Virus record (IMG/VR): IMGVR_UViG_3300034073_004395
Reading direction: 5' to 3' (one strand)
DNA: 64,000 bases
Source: an uncultured virus (IMG/VR IMGVR_UViG_3300034073_004395)
Taxonomy: Duplodnaviria > Heunggongvirae > Uroviricota > Caudoviricetes
The translations under genes were made by a program, and so were the position numbers. This document shows, piece after piece, positions 38,816 through 47,180 of the stretch (position 1 is its first letter; every line of letters begins with the position of its first letter). A model generated the notes under the pieces. That model did no database searches and was not told where the DNA came from. It saw nothing but the letters and a program-made list of their open reading frames with translations.

Positions 38816-39547
38816 TCAAGCGCTACCATAATTTGGAAGATTTAGCGCATTTGTTTCAAAGAACGCTGGTACAGACGACGCCCTTGTAGTATTCAGCTCA
38901 GGAGCTTTGCCACTGTAAAACAAGCTGTCACTTTGACGCAGCCAAAAATCCTTGTCAAGGTATTTATTAGTTGAGCTGCCAAGTTTGTCATAAATCCACA
39001 GTGCAGTCATTTTGCGCAGCTTATTCAGGCTCTCACCATATTTTTCATTTGCTTCTTCGCAAATTTTTGTATGGCAATATGCGTGACAAATCTCATCACG
39101 ACTTATGTCCGTCGCGACAGTGCGCAGCCCCTTGTCTCCATTAAAACGGAAAAATGGCAAAATCGTAAAGAATAAGCTCCGCTCAAGCGTGGCCACTTTT
39201 GCAATGGGATGGGCGGGATGATCGTACCAGGCTTGACGAATACGCAGGGCTTCCGCCTCGGCTTTTTCATCTACTCCATGAGCAGCAGCCACGTAGTTCA
39301 ACGCAAGGTCGTGTTTCTCTTCATCCAAAATATTGCTTTCAATACTTTCTACAAGACCAGGAGAATCAGGCAGATCCCGCTTTAGCCCTTCCAAAAGCAT
39401 ATCTTTAACGGGAAGCTCAAGATGGCGAATAGCAAGAGCCCGAAAAATAGTCTCTTCGGAGCCAGGAACAAACTCGCCTTTCGTCACGGCCATTGCTTGC
39501 CAAGGACGTTTTTTGGCCACTGCAGAAAAATAATCAAGAACCGCCAT
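38816..39547 (-). CDS. nrdB: Ribonucleotide reductase class I beta subunit (cyanophage-type, ferritin-like)
   Basis: LELPV..DEEKHD..LERS..DISRDE..H di-metal motifs; follows the alpha gene. Confidence 0.75.
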   Translation of the reverse strand: MAVLDYFSAVAKKRPWQAMAVTKGEFVPGSEETIFRALAIRHLELPVKDMLLEGLKRDLPDSPGLVESIESNILDEEKHDLALNYVAAAHGVDEKAEAEALRIRQAWYDHPAHPIAKVATLERSLFFTILPFFRFNGDKGLRTVATDISRDEICHAYCHTKICEEANEKYGESLNKLRKMTALWIYDKLGSSTNKYLDKDFWLRQSDSLFYSGKAPELNTTRASSVPAFFETNALNLPNYGSA

Positions 39548-39623
39548 GATTTGCTATTTGCGAATGGAGAATGAGACAGCAAAGGGCAGCTAATGCTGCC
39601 CTAAATTAAACAAAAGAAGAGGA

Positions 39624-41057
39624 TTATTCAGCGCAACTGCTGCAAAATCCTGCCTCCATGGAGCAAGCTTGTGGCTCGCTTTCTAGCCCGAAGAAATCGG
39701 TCAGACTCTCCCCTAATTCTACTCCAACATCGTCCTTAGCTTGAGTGCCAGTTTGCACTTGAAGAGCGTAATACAAAGAAGTTTGCGGGCTTTGTAGCCA
39801 GTCACGAAGGAACGCTTCGTCACAAGCAACAAGATCAGACCACCAGTTCATGGAATAACCATGAAGAAGGCCAGTGCGGCCCATTAGGCGCATAATGCCA
39901 TCAGCTACTTTCCTGAAAGCTTCCCAGCCCACTTCCTCGGCAATTTCCACTGGTCCATATTCAAAACGTTCTACGCCCATGGTTTCACTATCCCGATCAA
40001 CAATGCGATCAATGGGAGGAGCAATTTCTGGGGCAGTGGTGAAGCCGCGAGTATCGAGGTAGCGATAAGAGCAAGATGCAGTAGGGGCAATGGTAAAAGC
40101 CCGCTCCATTCCATTTTCACGCGCCACTTCAGCAGCAGAGCGAAGACCTTTATCAAAAGCGTAGACGGCTTTTCCGGCCACGGTATCTGTCCAATGGTAA
40201 GCCCAAGGATGGAGGTCGTCCATCAAATAAGCTTCAATGGCATCGCCAAAATCTTTATAACTAATTCCATGGATGGAAAGAAAATTGGCAAGGCCAAGCA
40301 CGCCCAAGCCCACTTGCTTGTCAATCTCAGGGGCAAGATATTCGCCAGTATCGCCCACGCCAGTACGCCCATGCAGCTCGCACAATTCCGTCATGCCAGC
40401 CACAAAAGCGCCTTCAAGATTATCAATGGAACAAGCGCCAAGATTAATATGCTCAAGAAGGCAAGTGCCACGATGGGGAATCAAAATTTCAAGGCAAACA
40501 TTCCCATAAATACGCTTGCCATTTTTGTCATAGCTGATTTTTGTCAGCCACAAATCACCATTGGCAATTGCCTTCAGGCAAGCTGCAATTAATTCAGGCG
40601 ATGCTTTGTCTAGGAAATCTTTATCAACGTTCAAGCAACGTTTTGCCCAAGGAAGTTCAGAGCGTGATGCTTTTACGAAATCAATAGCATCAGGATGGAA
40701 ATAATCAAGATGAAGCGTAATTGCCCCATTGCGGAATTTGCCGCCCCGACGCAAGATTTCATTGAGCTTGCTATAGATGGTCGCAAAGCTTACAGGACCA
40801 CTGGCAATCAGCCCTTTTCCATTGTCGCTCCCCTTCGGGCGCAGCTTGGAAAGATGCACTGCCACGCCTGCAGCATTACGCAGGCCATGGCTTACGAAGC
40901 GCCAAGAGGCCTCAATGCCATCTGGTGCTTCCATATCGTCTTCCACTACAAACGTTGTACAGGAAACTGGTAGACGACTTTCAGGGTTGTCCATCCAGTC
41001 TTGCACCCTACCAGTGCGTGCAATTGGCTCGCATGTGGCTTTTTCTTTCAGGCTCAT
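39624..41057 (-). CDS. nrdA: Ribonucleotide reductase alpha subunit (small cyanophage type)
   Basis: RLPVSC, NVCLE, TCLL, TIAPTASCS, TSLYY, C-term CSSC. Confidence 0.88.
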   Translation of the reverse strand: MSLKEKATCEPIARTGRVQDWMDNPESRLPVSCTTFVVEDDMEAPDGIEASWRFVSHGLRNAAGVAVHLSKLRPKGSDNGKGLIASGPVSFATIYSKLNEILRRGGKFRNGAITLHLDYFHPDAIDFVKASRSELPWAKRCLNVDKDFLDKASPELIAACLKAIANGDLWLTKISYDKNGKRIYGNVCLEILIPHRGTCLLEHINLGACSIDNLEGAFVAGMTELCELHGRTGVGDTGEYLAPEIDKQVGLGVLGLANFLSIHGISYKDFGDAIEAYLMDDLHPWAYHWTDTVAGKAVYAFDKGLRSAAEVARENGMERAFTIAPTASCSYRYLDTRGFTTAPEIAPPIDRIVDRDSETMGVERFEYGPVEIAEEVGWEAFRKVADGIMRLMGRTGLLHGYSMNWWSDLVACDEAFLRDWLQSPQTSLYYALQVQTGTQAKDDVGVELGESLTDFFGLESEPQACSMEAGFCSSCAE

Positions 41058-41141
41058 GAGACGACAAAGCCCCGCTCAGCGGGGCGCGATCAACTTAGGC
41101 AGGCTAGCTCAGACAGGACGATGGAAAAGGGAAATTTCCCT

Positions 41142-41333
41142 TTAGTCGCATAAGTTCTCAGGATCCTCGTTTGAGACCAAATCTTTAATAAACAACTTGG
41201 CTTCGTTAAGGCTACGGAAGTAATGGGGAGAACCGTCTATTGCTGCAAACCATTGAAATTCTGGCCTGCTAAAACACGGCCAAAGCTTTACGCCTCCATA
41301 GTTAAATGGTTGACGTTCTGGCAAACCAAGCAT
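41142..41333 (-). CDS. Hypothetical protein
   Basis: ORF upstream of nrdA. Confidence 0.5.
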   Translation of the reverse strand: MLGLPERQPFNYGGVKLWPCFSRPEFQWFAAIDGSPHYFRSLNEAKLFIKDLVSNEDPENLCD

Positions 41334-41409
41334 GGGGCTAGTTCGTAATTACATTACGCTAGCCCGTTTCAATGGAAAGGAAAGTGGCGTTTTATACAAG
41401 CTTTAGCTT

Positions 41410-42015
41410 TCACGCACGCAAAGTGCCCCTCCTTTTCTTTTCTTTAATCTCTTCTACTTTCTTCAATCCATCAATCTCCTTTTGACCACTATTGCTTAGT
41501 TCAAGCCTTCTTGATGGAAGTTTTACAATCTTCCCCTGCTCGGTGAGCACATTGATAGTGTTGTAAATGGTCTTGGGCTTGTAGAAGCGATTGGCAGGAT
41601 GCTTGATTAATAGGCTTGGAAAGCATTGCTCATTCTCTTGCGCAAGTTCGTCAATAGCCCACATCACAAAACGCTCTGCGTTCTTGACGAAGCCAGGAAG
41701 ACTCCTATCCATCTGCGCCTCAATGAGCATTTGCTGCTTATCAGGCTCTGCTGGGCACCAGCGCAAGCGACGATGATCCATCCCGCACTCCCTCTTGAGA
41801 AGCAGCGTTTCGCATACCGCTTCAGTTTCTAAAAAGCGCTTTAAGCCAGTGCGCAGGGCGTACCAATTATCAAACTTGTGGCAATCCTTGAAGCGCTCCG
41901 CCAGTTCCGTCTCCCGCCTGCTAGCGGCTTGGAAAGCTTTGACGACGACGAGCAGTTCGTGGTTCGCGAATAGCAAATGCTCCAGCAGCCCCGCAGGATT
42001 GTCCGTGCAATCCAT
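41410..42015 (-). CDS. Hypothetical protein with C-terminal winged-helix-like segment (start uncertain)
   Basis: KTIYNTINVLTEQGKIVK..LELSNSG. Confidence 0.5.
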   Translation of the reverse strand: MDCTDNPAGLLEHLLFANHELLVVVKAFQAASRRETELAERFKDCHKFDNWYALRTGLKRFLETEAVCETLLLKRECGMDHRRLRWCPAEPDKQQMLIEAQMDRSLPGFVKNAERFVMWAIDELAQENEQCFPSLLIKHPANRFYKPKTIYNTINVLTEQGKIVKLPSRRLELSNSGQKEIDGLKKVEEIKEKKRRGTLRA

Positions 42016-42234
42016 GCGAAGTACGGTTTCATTCGACGACCAATAGGAAAAAATCAGCCATTTGGCAGTGCCCATGGAGACGATGGAGATCAATTTCTCC
42101 CCACCATAGCACGGCTGGGAACGTTGGGAAAAACAGTTGCCCCTCCGCGTTAGATATGATGTCCATAGGCGGAGCACGCTTTGTTTTAGCTGGCTTCTCC
42201 CGCACTGGCCCGACTAGCCGCGCATCAAGACGCT

Positions 42235-42358
42235 GTGAGCCTCCAAAGGCGAACATTCCTGACAAGCGGCGAAAATCAAAAGGGCTTGACTAGCTGCGTT
42301 CTCTAGACCAGTGAGCCCCCAAGGCGAACGTCTCAGACAAGCAGCGAAAATCAAAAGG
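42235..42358 (+). repeat. Two ~48-bp imperfect direct repeats
   Basis: GTGAGCCYCCAA(A)GGCGAAC..GACAAGCRGCGAAAATCAAAAGG at 42235 and 42311. Confidence 0.85.
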
Positions 42359-42683
42359 CCAGTGCTAAACAAAAGCCCGCGCAAGAAAGGCTGAGCCAGC
42401 TCCTAAGTAATGGCTCGGGCAAATAGTGCGTATCACTAGACAGGGCTTAAAAATTGCTTTTTCTATCTAAGAAAGCTTGAACGGCGGCTTTAGGCCGCCT
42501 TCTTGCTAAAGACGATGGAAAGGAAAATGCGCGATCTTGTGCGTCATTTCAGCGCCTTGGGGCGCTTTCATTGGAGAAGCTAATCGTCTGAAACGCTTCA
42601 AGCGGCGCTCTCTACGAGAGCTTGCTTTCAGCGTATGGCAACTAGCTTTTTGCTAGTTAGCTTCGTCATGACAAGCTTTCGTC

Positions 42684-43043
42684 ATGACCGTCTATTCCAT
42701 AGAACCAACAAAGCTTTGCCAGCTTTGCAAAGAACGCAAGCCTCTCATCGCCTTCCCCTCCCAGCCTCGTAATCGTGACAACCTCGACTCCCGTTGCCGC
42801 ATGTGCATTCGTCAACACACAACATTACGCTCTCAATTAAAAAAGCAATTCCCGCGTCCATTGCCAAGCCCTTGTCCAATCTGCTCAAAACATACAGAAC
42901 GCTGGGTATTGGACCATTGTCATACAACAGACCAGTTTAGAGGCTACATCTGCAGCTCCTGCAATCTTGGCCTAGGCCACTTTGACGATTCTCCCGCATT
43001 AGTACAATCAGCACTGAACTATTTGCTAGGTATAAATACCTAG
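42684..43043 (+). CDS. Endonuclease VII-family protein
   Basis: CPIC..LDHCH..RGYICSSCNLGLG. Confidence 0.85.
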   Translation: MTVYSIEPTKLCQLCKERKPLIAFPSQPRNRDNLDSRCRMCIRQHTTLRSQLKKQFPRPLPSPCPICSKHTERWVLDHCHTTDQFRGYICSSCNLGLGHFDDSPALVQSALNYLLGINT

Positions 43044-43277
43044 AGGGTGAAAAAGCAGGTCATTTTTGATTGCACTTTTTTTGGAGGTATGCCCGGCCCA
43101 CCACTGTACTATTGCCGTACTAGTGCTCCCTAGTACACCAGTACCATCAGCCAAGCTTATGGCAAGCATAAGCAGAACTGTTTGAAGAAATGTTACAAAG
43201 TATCGAAAACTGGCGCACAGTTCTGTATGCTTTAAGTGCAGAAGCGATTCTGTAACGAACCTCGCAAACTCAAAGCT

Positions 43278-43424
43278 ATGTCAATTGCAGACATGTTCGC
43301 CGCTCAGTTACAAGAACTGAAGCAACGAGATATTGAGTCACAGCGTCGCACTCAAGAATTAATCGAACGATCCCGTCGTTTAATTGAAGAACTAGAGGCG
43401 ATGGATTGGGATTCGGAAGTATAG
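43278..43424 (+). CDS. Small coiled-coil protein (48 aa)
   Basis: Own promoter (-10 TATGCT at 43226) and terminator AGGCCCCT/AGGGGCCT at ~43430-43451. Confidence 0.6.
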   Translation: MSIADMFAAQLQELKQRDIESQRRTQELIERSRRLIEELEAMDWDSEV

Positions 43425-43607
43425 CTAAAAGGCCCCTACAATAGGGGCCTTCTTTATTCTTTATATTATGCGGCTATGCGCATAGGGGATATTCCCTCCG
43501 TTGCGCACTATGCGTGATGGCGCATACAGAGAGGCAAGACGAAGGCCCGTCATCCTGAGGAGCCAGGAGACGGGCTTGAGAGGCTATGGGAGAGGCCTGA
43601 GAGGCTG

Positions 43608-43838
43608 CTAGCTAGGAGGGTAGCCTATCCGCTTGAGACGGGCTTGAGAGGGGAGAGAGCGGAGGAGGAGGAGCCAGAGGCCAGGGAGGCGAAGGGAGAG
43701 GAGAGAGAGCCAGCCAGATTCTCGAGAGCGCCACGAGGCGAAGCGAGCGAGGAGGGGGAGGCCAGGAGGAGGAGCGGAGCGGGAGACGATGAGGAGAGCG
43801 CGAGAGGAGCGAGAGGGGAGACGGTAGGAGCGAATCAT
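43608..43838 (-). CDS. Island hypothetical protein (76 aa)
   Basis: ATGA overlap with upstream gene; L/S/R/P-rich. Confidence 0.5.
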   Translation of the reverse strand: MIRSYRLPSRSSRALLIVSRSAPPPGLPLLARFASWRSRESGWLSLLSLRLPGLWLLLLRSLPSQARLKRIGYPPS

Positions 43839-44059
43839 GCGAGGAGCTCCTCCTCTGCCTCTGAGGCCTCGAGGAGGAGCTCCTCGAGCTGAGAGGCCAG
43901 GGAGCGAAGGAAGGAAGCACGGGAAGGGGAGGCCTCCTCGAGCTCAGAGAGGAGGGAGGAGAGCGCCTCCTCTGCCTCCTCGAGAGAAGCGAAGGAGGCG
44001 AGGCTATCGTTCACGCCGTATTCGTCAGGAGCCGTGAGAGAGAAGAGAGGGAGAGCCAT
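43835..44059 (-). CDS. Island acidic protein (74 aa)
   Basis: MALPLFSLTAPDEYGVNDSLASFASLEEAEEAL..; preceded by cassette hairpin. Confidence 0.65.
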   Translation of the reverse strand: MALPLFSLTAPDEYGVNDSLASFASLEEAEEALSSLLSELEEASPSRASFLRSLASQLEELLLEASEAEEELLA

Positions 44060-44114
44060 GAGAGGAGAGCGAAGGAGAGGAGCGGGAGGCCTTGAGGCCT
44101 CCCTAAAGAGGAGC

Positions 44115-45230
44115 TCAGATGCGAGAGAAGGCGAAGGAGCCGCCACCAGCCATAGGAGCGAAAGCGCCAGAGCCAGGAGCGAGAGCGAAGCGAGGAGCAG
44201 CGTCAGGAGAGGCGCCTCGAGAGCGCTTGAGACGGAGGAGCACGGCGAGGCCAGAGAAGCCAGGAGCGGGAGCGGGATCGAGCATCCGTAGGTCGTTTGC
44301 GTCTCCATCGATGCACTGCAGGAGCGCCTCACGGCCTCGATCATCACGGAGGAGGAGGGAGCGCGGGAGCTCCTCTCCCTTGCTAGCCAGGATTGGCACG
44401 GCGAGAGAGAAGCCTGCCTCGATGGCATCGAGAGCGCGAGAGGCGCCTCCCTCACGATCAGCGGCGAGGGAGGCCGTCGTGTGGATGCCGGCCTGTCTCA
44501 TGGCCAGGAGGCCAGAGCGGCCATAGACGGGGGCCTTCGCGTAATCGTACAGATCAAGGAAGGGAGCGGAGCGGAGCGCTTCGGGGATCGTGCAGATGCC
44601 CTGAGAGATCTCACTCCCGAACAGAGCGGAGAGAGCCTCTGCCTCCTCACGAGAGAGGCGAACAGAGAGCCAGGCCTCTGTCCATGGGAGTTCTTGAGTG
44701 CCGTTAAGACGGAGAGCGAAGGGGAGGCTGAGACGCCGGGCCTTGCGATAAGAGAGGCCAGCCGCCCATAGAACGGAGAGAGCGAAGGCCTCGCGATCAG
44801 CGAGGAGCGCGAGAGCGCGGCGAGCTCTGCAGGCCCCCACGCTCTGACTGATTCCCCCATGGCCAGAGAAGGCGAGGCAAAGCTCCTGGCAGGCCTCTGA
44901 GGCGAAGGGGCAAGCATTAAAGAGGAGAGCTCGAGCGGTGAGGCCTTCTCTGTCTGCCAGAGCGCGGATGCCAGGGAGCTCTCCTCTCACGAGAGAGGCA
45001 TGAGAGCCAGGGGAGACGGCTCGAGCGAGGCCACGAGAGGGGAGGAGATGGAGAATCGAGGAGAAGGCGAGGCCGCTCCCTTTAGCGAGCTTTGCATTGG
45101 CAGAGCCTGAGGTGAGGAGGCTCTCAGGAGAGAGGCCGAACCTAGGGAGGAGAGAGCGAACGCGCTCAGGAGCGCGAGGAGCGCGAGAGAGGCGAGCGGG
45201 AGCGGGAGGAGCAAGGAGAGCGGGAGCCAT
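44115..45230 (-). CDS. GP88-family phage protein (Cys-triad, possible Fe-S)
   Basis: NAKLAKG..LHL.P..CPFASEACQELCL..G.G..RLNGT..YDYAK..IDGDANDLRMLD..L.LK resemble recalled GP88 motifs. Confidence 0.75.
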   Translation of the reverse strand: MAPALLAPPAPARLSRAPRAPERVRSLLPRFGLSPESLLTSGSANAKLAKGSGLAFSSILHLLPSRGLARAVSPGSHASLVRGELPGIRALADREGLTARALLFNACPFASEACQELCLAFSGHGGISQSVGACRARRALALLADREAFALSVLWAAGLSYRKARRLSLPFALRLNGTQELPWTEAWLSVRLSREEAEALSALFGSEISQGICTIPEALRSAPFLDLYDYAKAPVYGRSGLLAMRQAGIHTTASLAADREGGASRALDAIEAGFSLAVPILASKGEELPRSLLLRDDRGREALLQCIDGDANDLRMLDPAPAPGFSGLAVLLRLKRSRGASPDAAPRFALAPGSGAFAPMAGGGSFAFSRI

Positions 45231-45288
45231 GAGAACAGAGAGCGAGAGGGAAGGAGAGGCCTCCTCGCGGAGGCCATGAGGCAGAGCC

Positions 45289-45501
45289 TCAGGAGAGAAG
45301 GAGAGAGGCAGAGGCGAGAGGGAGCCAGAGAGCGAAGGCCTCGAGCTCTGACAGGCTCTGGCTCTCGTGAGCGATCGAGGGGGAGGCCGTCTCGATCAGA
45401 GAGTAGGAGCCGTGAGAGAAGGAGAGGCGAAGGCCTCGAGAGAGAGCCAGGAGGGAGAGGAGAGGAGCCGCGTCAGAAGCTCGATCGAGAGGGGAGAGCA
45501 T
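45289..45501 (-). CDS. Island hypothetical protein (70 aa)
   Basis: Preceded by cassette hairpin and CTCTGTTC leader. Confidence 0.55.
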   Translation of the reverse strand: MLSPLDRASDAAPLLSLLALSRGLRLSFSHGSYSLIETASPSIAHESQSLSELEAFALWLPLASASLLLS

Positions 45502-45553
45502 GGCAGGAACGAGGCGAACAGAGAGAAGGCCTCCCTATGGGGAGGCCAGGAGC

Positions 45554-45793
45554 TCAGGAGCGAGAGGAGCGGGAGAGCTTCTCTCCTGCCTCGCAGGCAG
45601 CAGCAGCAGCGAGAGCCACAGAGGCAGCAGCAGCAGAGGCGAACAGAGCGAAGGGAGCGGCGAAGGGAGCCGCTTCTCTAGCGGAGGGAGCCAGAGCGAT
45701 GCGATCGCCGTAGGAGGAGGCACAGAGTCCGAAGGCTACAGAGCCTGCGAACAGAGCGAGGGTAGGAGCGAGAGCGCGAACAGAGCGGAGCAT
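45554..45793 (-). CDS. Island Ala-rich membrane protein
   Basis: First gene after the promoter at 45840; two hydrophobic stretches. Confidence 0.55.
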   Translation of the reverse strand: MLRSVRALAPTLALFAGSVAFGLCASSYGDRIALAPSAREAAPFAAPFALFASAAAASVALAAAAACEAGEKLSRSSRS

Positions 45794-45839
45794 GAGACAG
45801 AGAGCGAGAGGGGAGGCGATTGCTCGCCTCATGCCAGAG

Positions 45840-45900
45840 ACAATAGGCGATACAGAGGGGGAGGCCAGAGCCTCCCGCTCCTCTTGAAATATTTCGTAAC
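45840..45900 (-). promoter_or_regulatory. Promoter: -10 TATTGT plus HLR1/RpaB-like box 37 bp upstream
   Basis: GTTACGAA-AT-ATTTCAAG at 45883-45900; AT-rich break in the island. Confidence 0.55.
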
Positions 45901-45909
45901 AATCCGCGC

Positions 45910-46080
45910 TCAGAGATCAGAGGAGGAGAGCTCCTCGAGATCAGAGAGAAAGGCCTCGATTGTGGGAGACGGCAGCCACCTAGCGAGCTCCTCGAGGAGG
46001 AGGGGGAGGCCAGAGGAGGCGAGGCCGAGCTCCTCCGCGCGATCGAGGAGCCGAGCTCGTAAGTAGGAAGGGAGAGCCAT
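45910..46080 (-). CDS. Island hypothetical protein (56 aa)
   Basis: MALPSYLRARLLDRAEELGL..LLEELARWLPSPTIEAFLSDLEEL; below ORF-track cutoff. Confidence 0.6.
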   Translation of the reverse strand: MALPSYLRARLLDRAEELGLASSGLPLLLEELARWLPSPTIEAFLSDLEELSSSDL

Positions 46081-46089
46081 GAGAGAGCC

Positions 46090-46266
46090 TTAGGAGGAGA
46101 GATCAGCAGAGCGAACAGAGAGAGGGAGCTCGGCACCTAGTGGGATGCCATGGCGAAGGCGAAGGAGGGAGCGCCTCTCACGGAGGAGGCGCTCCTCTGC
46201 CTCTCCTGAGAGGCGAGGGAGGAGGCGCTCGATTGTGGCGAGGCGCCTCTCGAGAAAGGAGAGCAT
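46090..46266 (-). CDS. Island hypothetical protein (58 aa)
   Basis: MLSFLERRLATIERLLPRLSGEAEERLLRERR..; below ORF-track cutoff; tightly packed. Confidence 0.55.
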   Translation of the reverse strand: MLSFLERRLATIERLLPRLSGEAEERLLRERRSLLRLRHGIPLGAELPLSVRSADLSS

Positions 46267-46275
46267 GGCAGAGCC

Positions 46276-46473
46276 TCAGGAGACGGGAGAGAACAGAAGG
46301 GAGAGGAGCTCCTCGAGCGCCTCCTCTCTGTCAGCTCGAGCCTCAGGAGAGAGCGAGGGGGAGGAGAGCTCCTCCTCGAGCTCGCGAGCAAACAGAGCGG
46401 CCTCACGACGAGAGGAGAAGGAGAAGCGAGGCCAGGAGAGATCAGAGGCGAGGAGTTCGTGAGTGGGAGCCAT
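46276..46473 (-). CDS. Island acidic protein (65 aa)
   Basis: Preceded by cassette hairpin and leader. Confidence 0.55.
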   Translation of the reverse strand: MAPTHELLASDLSWPRFSFSSRREAALFARELEEELSSPSLSPEARADREEALEELLSLLFSPVS

Positions 46474-46548
46474 GGGAGCGAGAGCGAGAGAACAGAGAAG
46501 GAAGGAGAGGAGGGAGGCCTCCCTTGAGGGGAGGCCAGAGGCAGAGCC

Positions 46549-46923
46549 TCAGAGGAGGCCGAGACGAGATGCGCGGCGAAGGAGAGCGGAGCGGGAGGCC
46601 TTCGCCAGAGCGGGAGCTTTCTCTCCTGCCTCTGTCAGAGCCTCGATCAACAGAGCGCGAGGAGAGGAGGAGGAGAGAGGCTCTGGCAGAGCGGAGGCGA
46701 GGCGCTCGAGCGAGGAGGCTACAGAGCGAAGGAGAGGAGCGAGACGGCCTCGAGCCTGCCAGAGGCGAGCGGTGAGAGCATGGCAGAGAGCCAGAGAGAA
46801 CAGGAGCGCCTCGAGAGCCTGAGAGGCGATCGCCTCCCATGGGAGAGAGGAGAGCGCCTCGATCAGATCAGAGAGAGGAGGGAAGGAGGGAGAGGCAGAG
46901 CCTCTGAGAGAAGGGGAGAGCAT
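46549..46923 (-). CDS. Island hypothetical protein (124 aa)
   Basis: First gene after the promoter at 46967. Confidence 0.6.
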   Translation of the reverse strand: MLSPSLRGSASPSFPPLSDLIEALSSLPWEAIASQALEALLFSLALCHALTARLWQARGRLAPLLRSVASSLERLASALPEPLSSSSPRALLIEALTEAGEKAPALAKASRSALLRRASRLGLL

Positions 46924-46966
46924 GAGAGCCAGAGAACAGAGAGGAGGCCTCGCGGCCTTGCCAGAG

Positions 46967-47027
46967 ACAATAGAAAGAAGGAGAGGAGGAGCCAGAGGCG
47001 CGGAGCCGTATTGTCACATCTCTTAAC
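46967..47027 (-). promoter_or_regulatory. Promoter: -10 TATTGT plus HLR1/RpaB-like box 37 bp upstream
   Basis: GTTAAGAG-AT-GTGACAAT at 47010-47027; same -10 context (CTATTGTCTCTGGCA) as the 45840 promoter. Confidence 0.55.
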
Positions 47028-47032
47028 ACCAG

Positions 47033-47180
47033 GATCATGATCATGATCAGAGCGGGATCGTGATCATGAGAGGGAGCGAGAGCCGATCATGATGAGGATC
47101 CCCATCAAAGCGCCATCGTGATCATGATCGTGATCAACCGAGAGTGTGATCATGATCAGTAGCGTGAATGATCATGATCA
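47033..47180. repeat. GATC/TGATCA array
   Basis: 14 GATC sites counted by hand in ~150 bp. Confidence 0.9.

Noticed and set aside
43530..47030. Island as microsatellite, eukaryotic contamination or CRISPR array
   Set aside because: No periodic unit or repeat-spacer structure; it encodes a phage-family protein and shares promoter boxes with flanking DNA (a read-level check is still advisable)
43640..47040. Many long plus-strand and alternative-frame ORFs (R/E/G-rich) in the island
   Set aside because: Stop codons are rare because T is depleted; only one minus-strand tiling has promoters, leaders and a recognisable family
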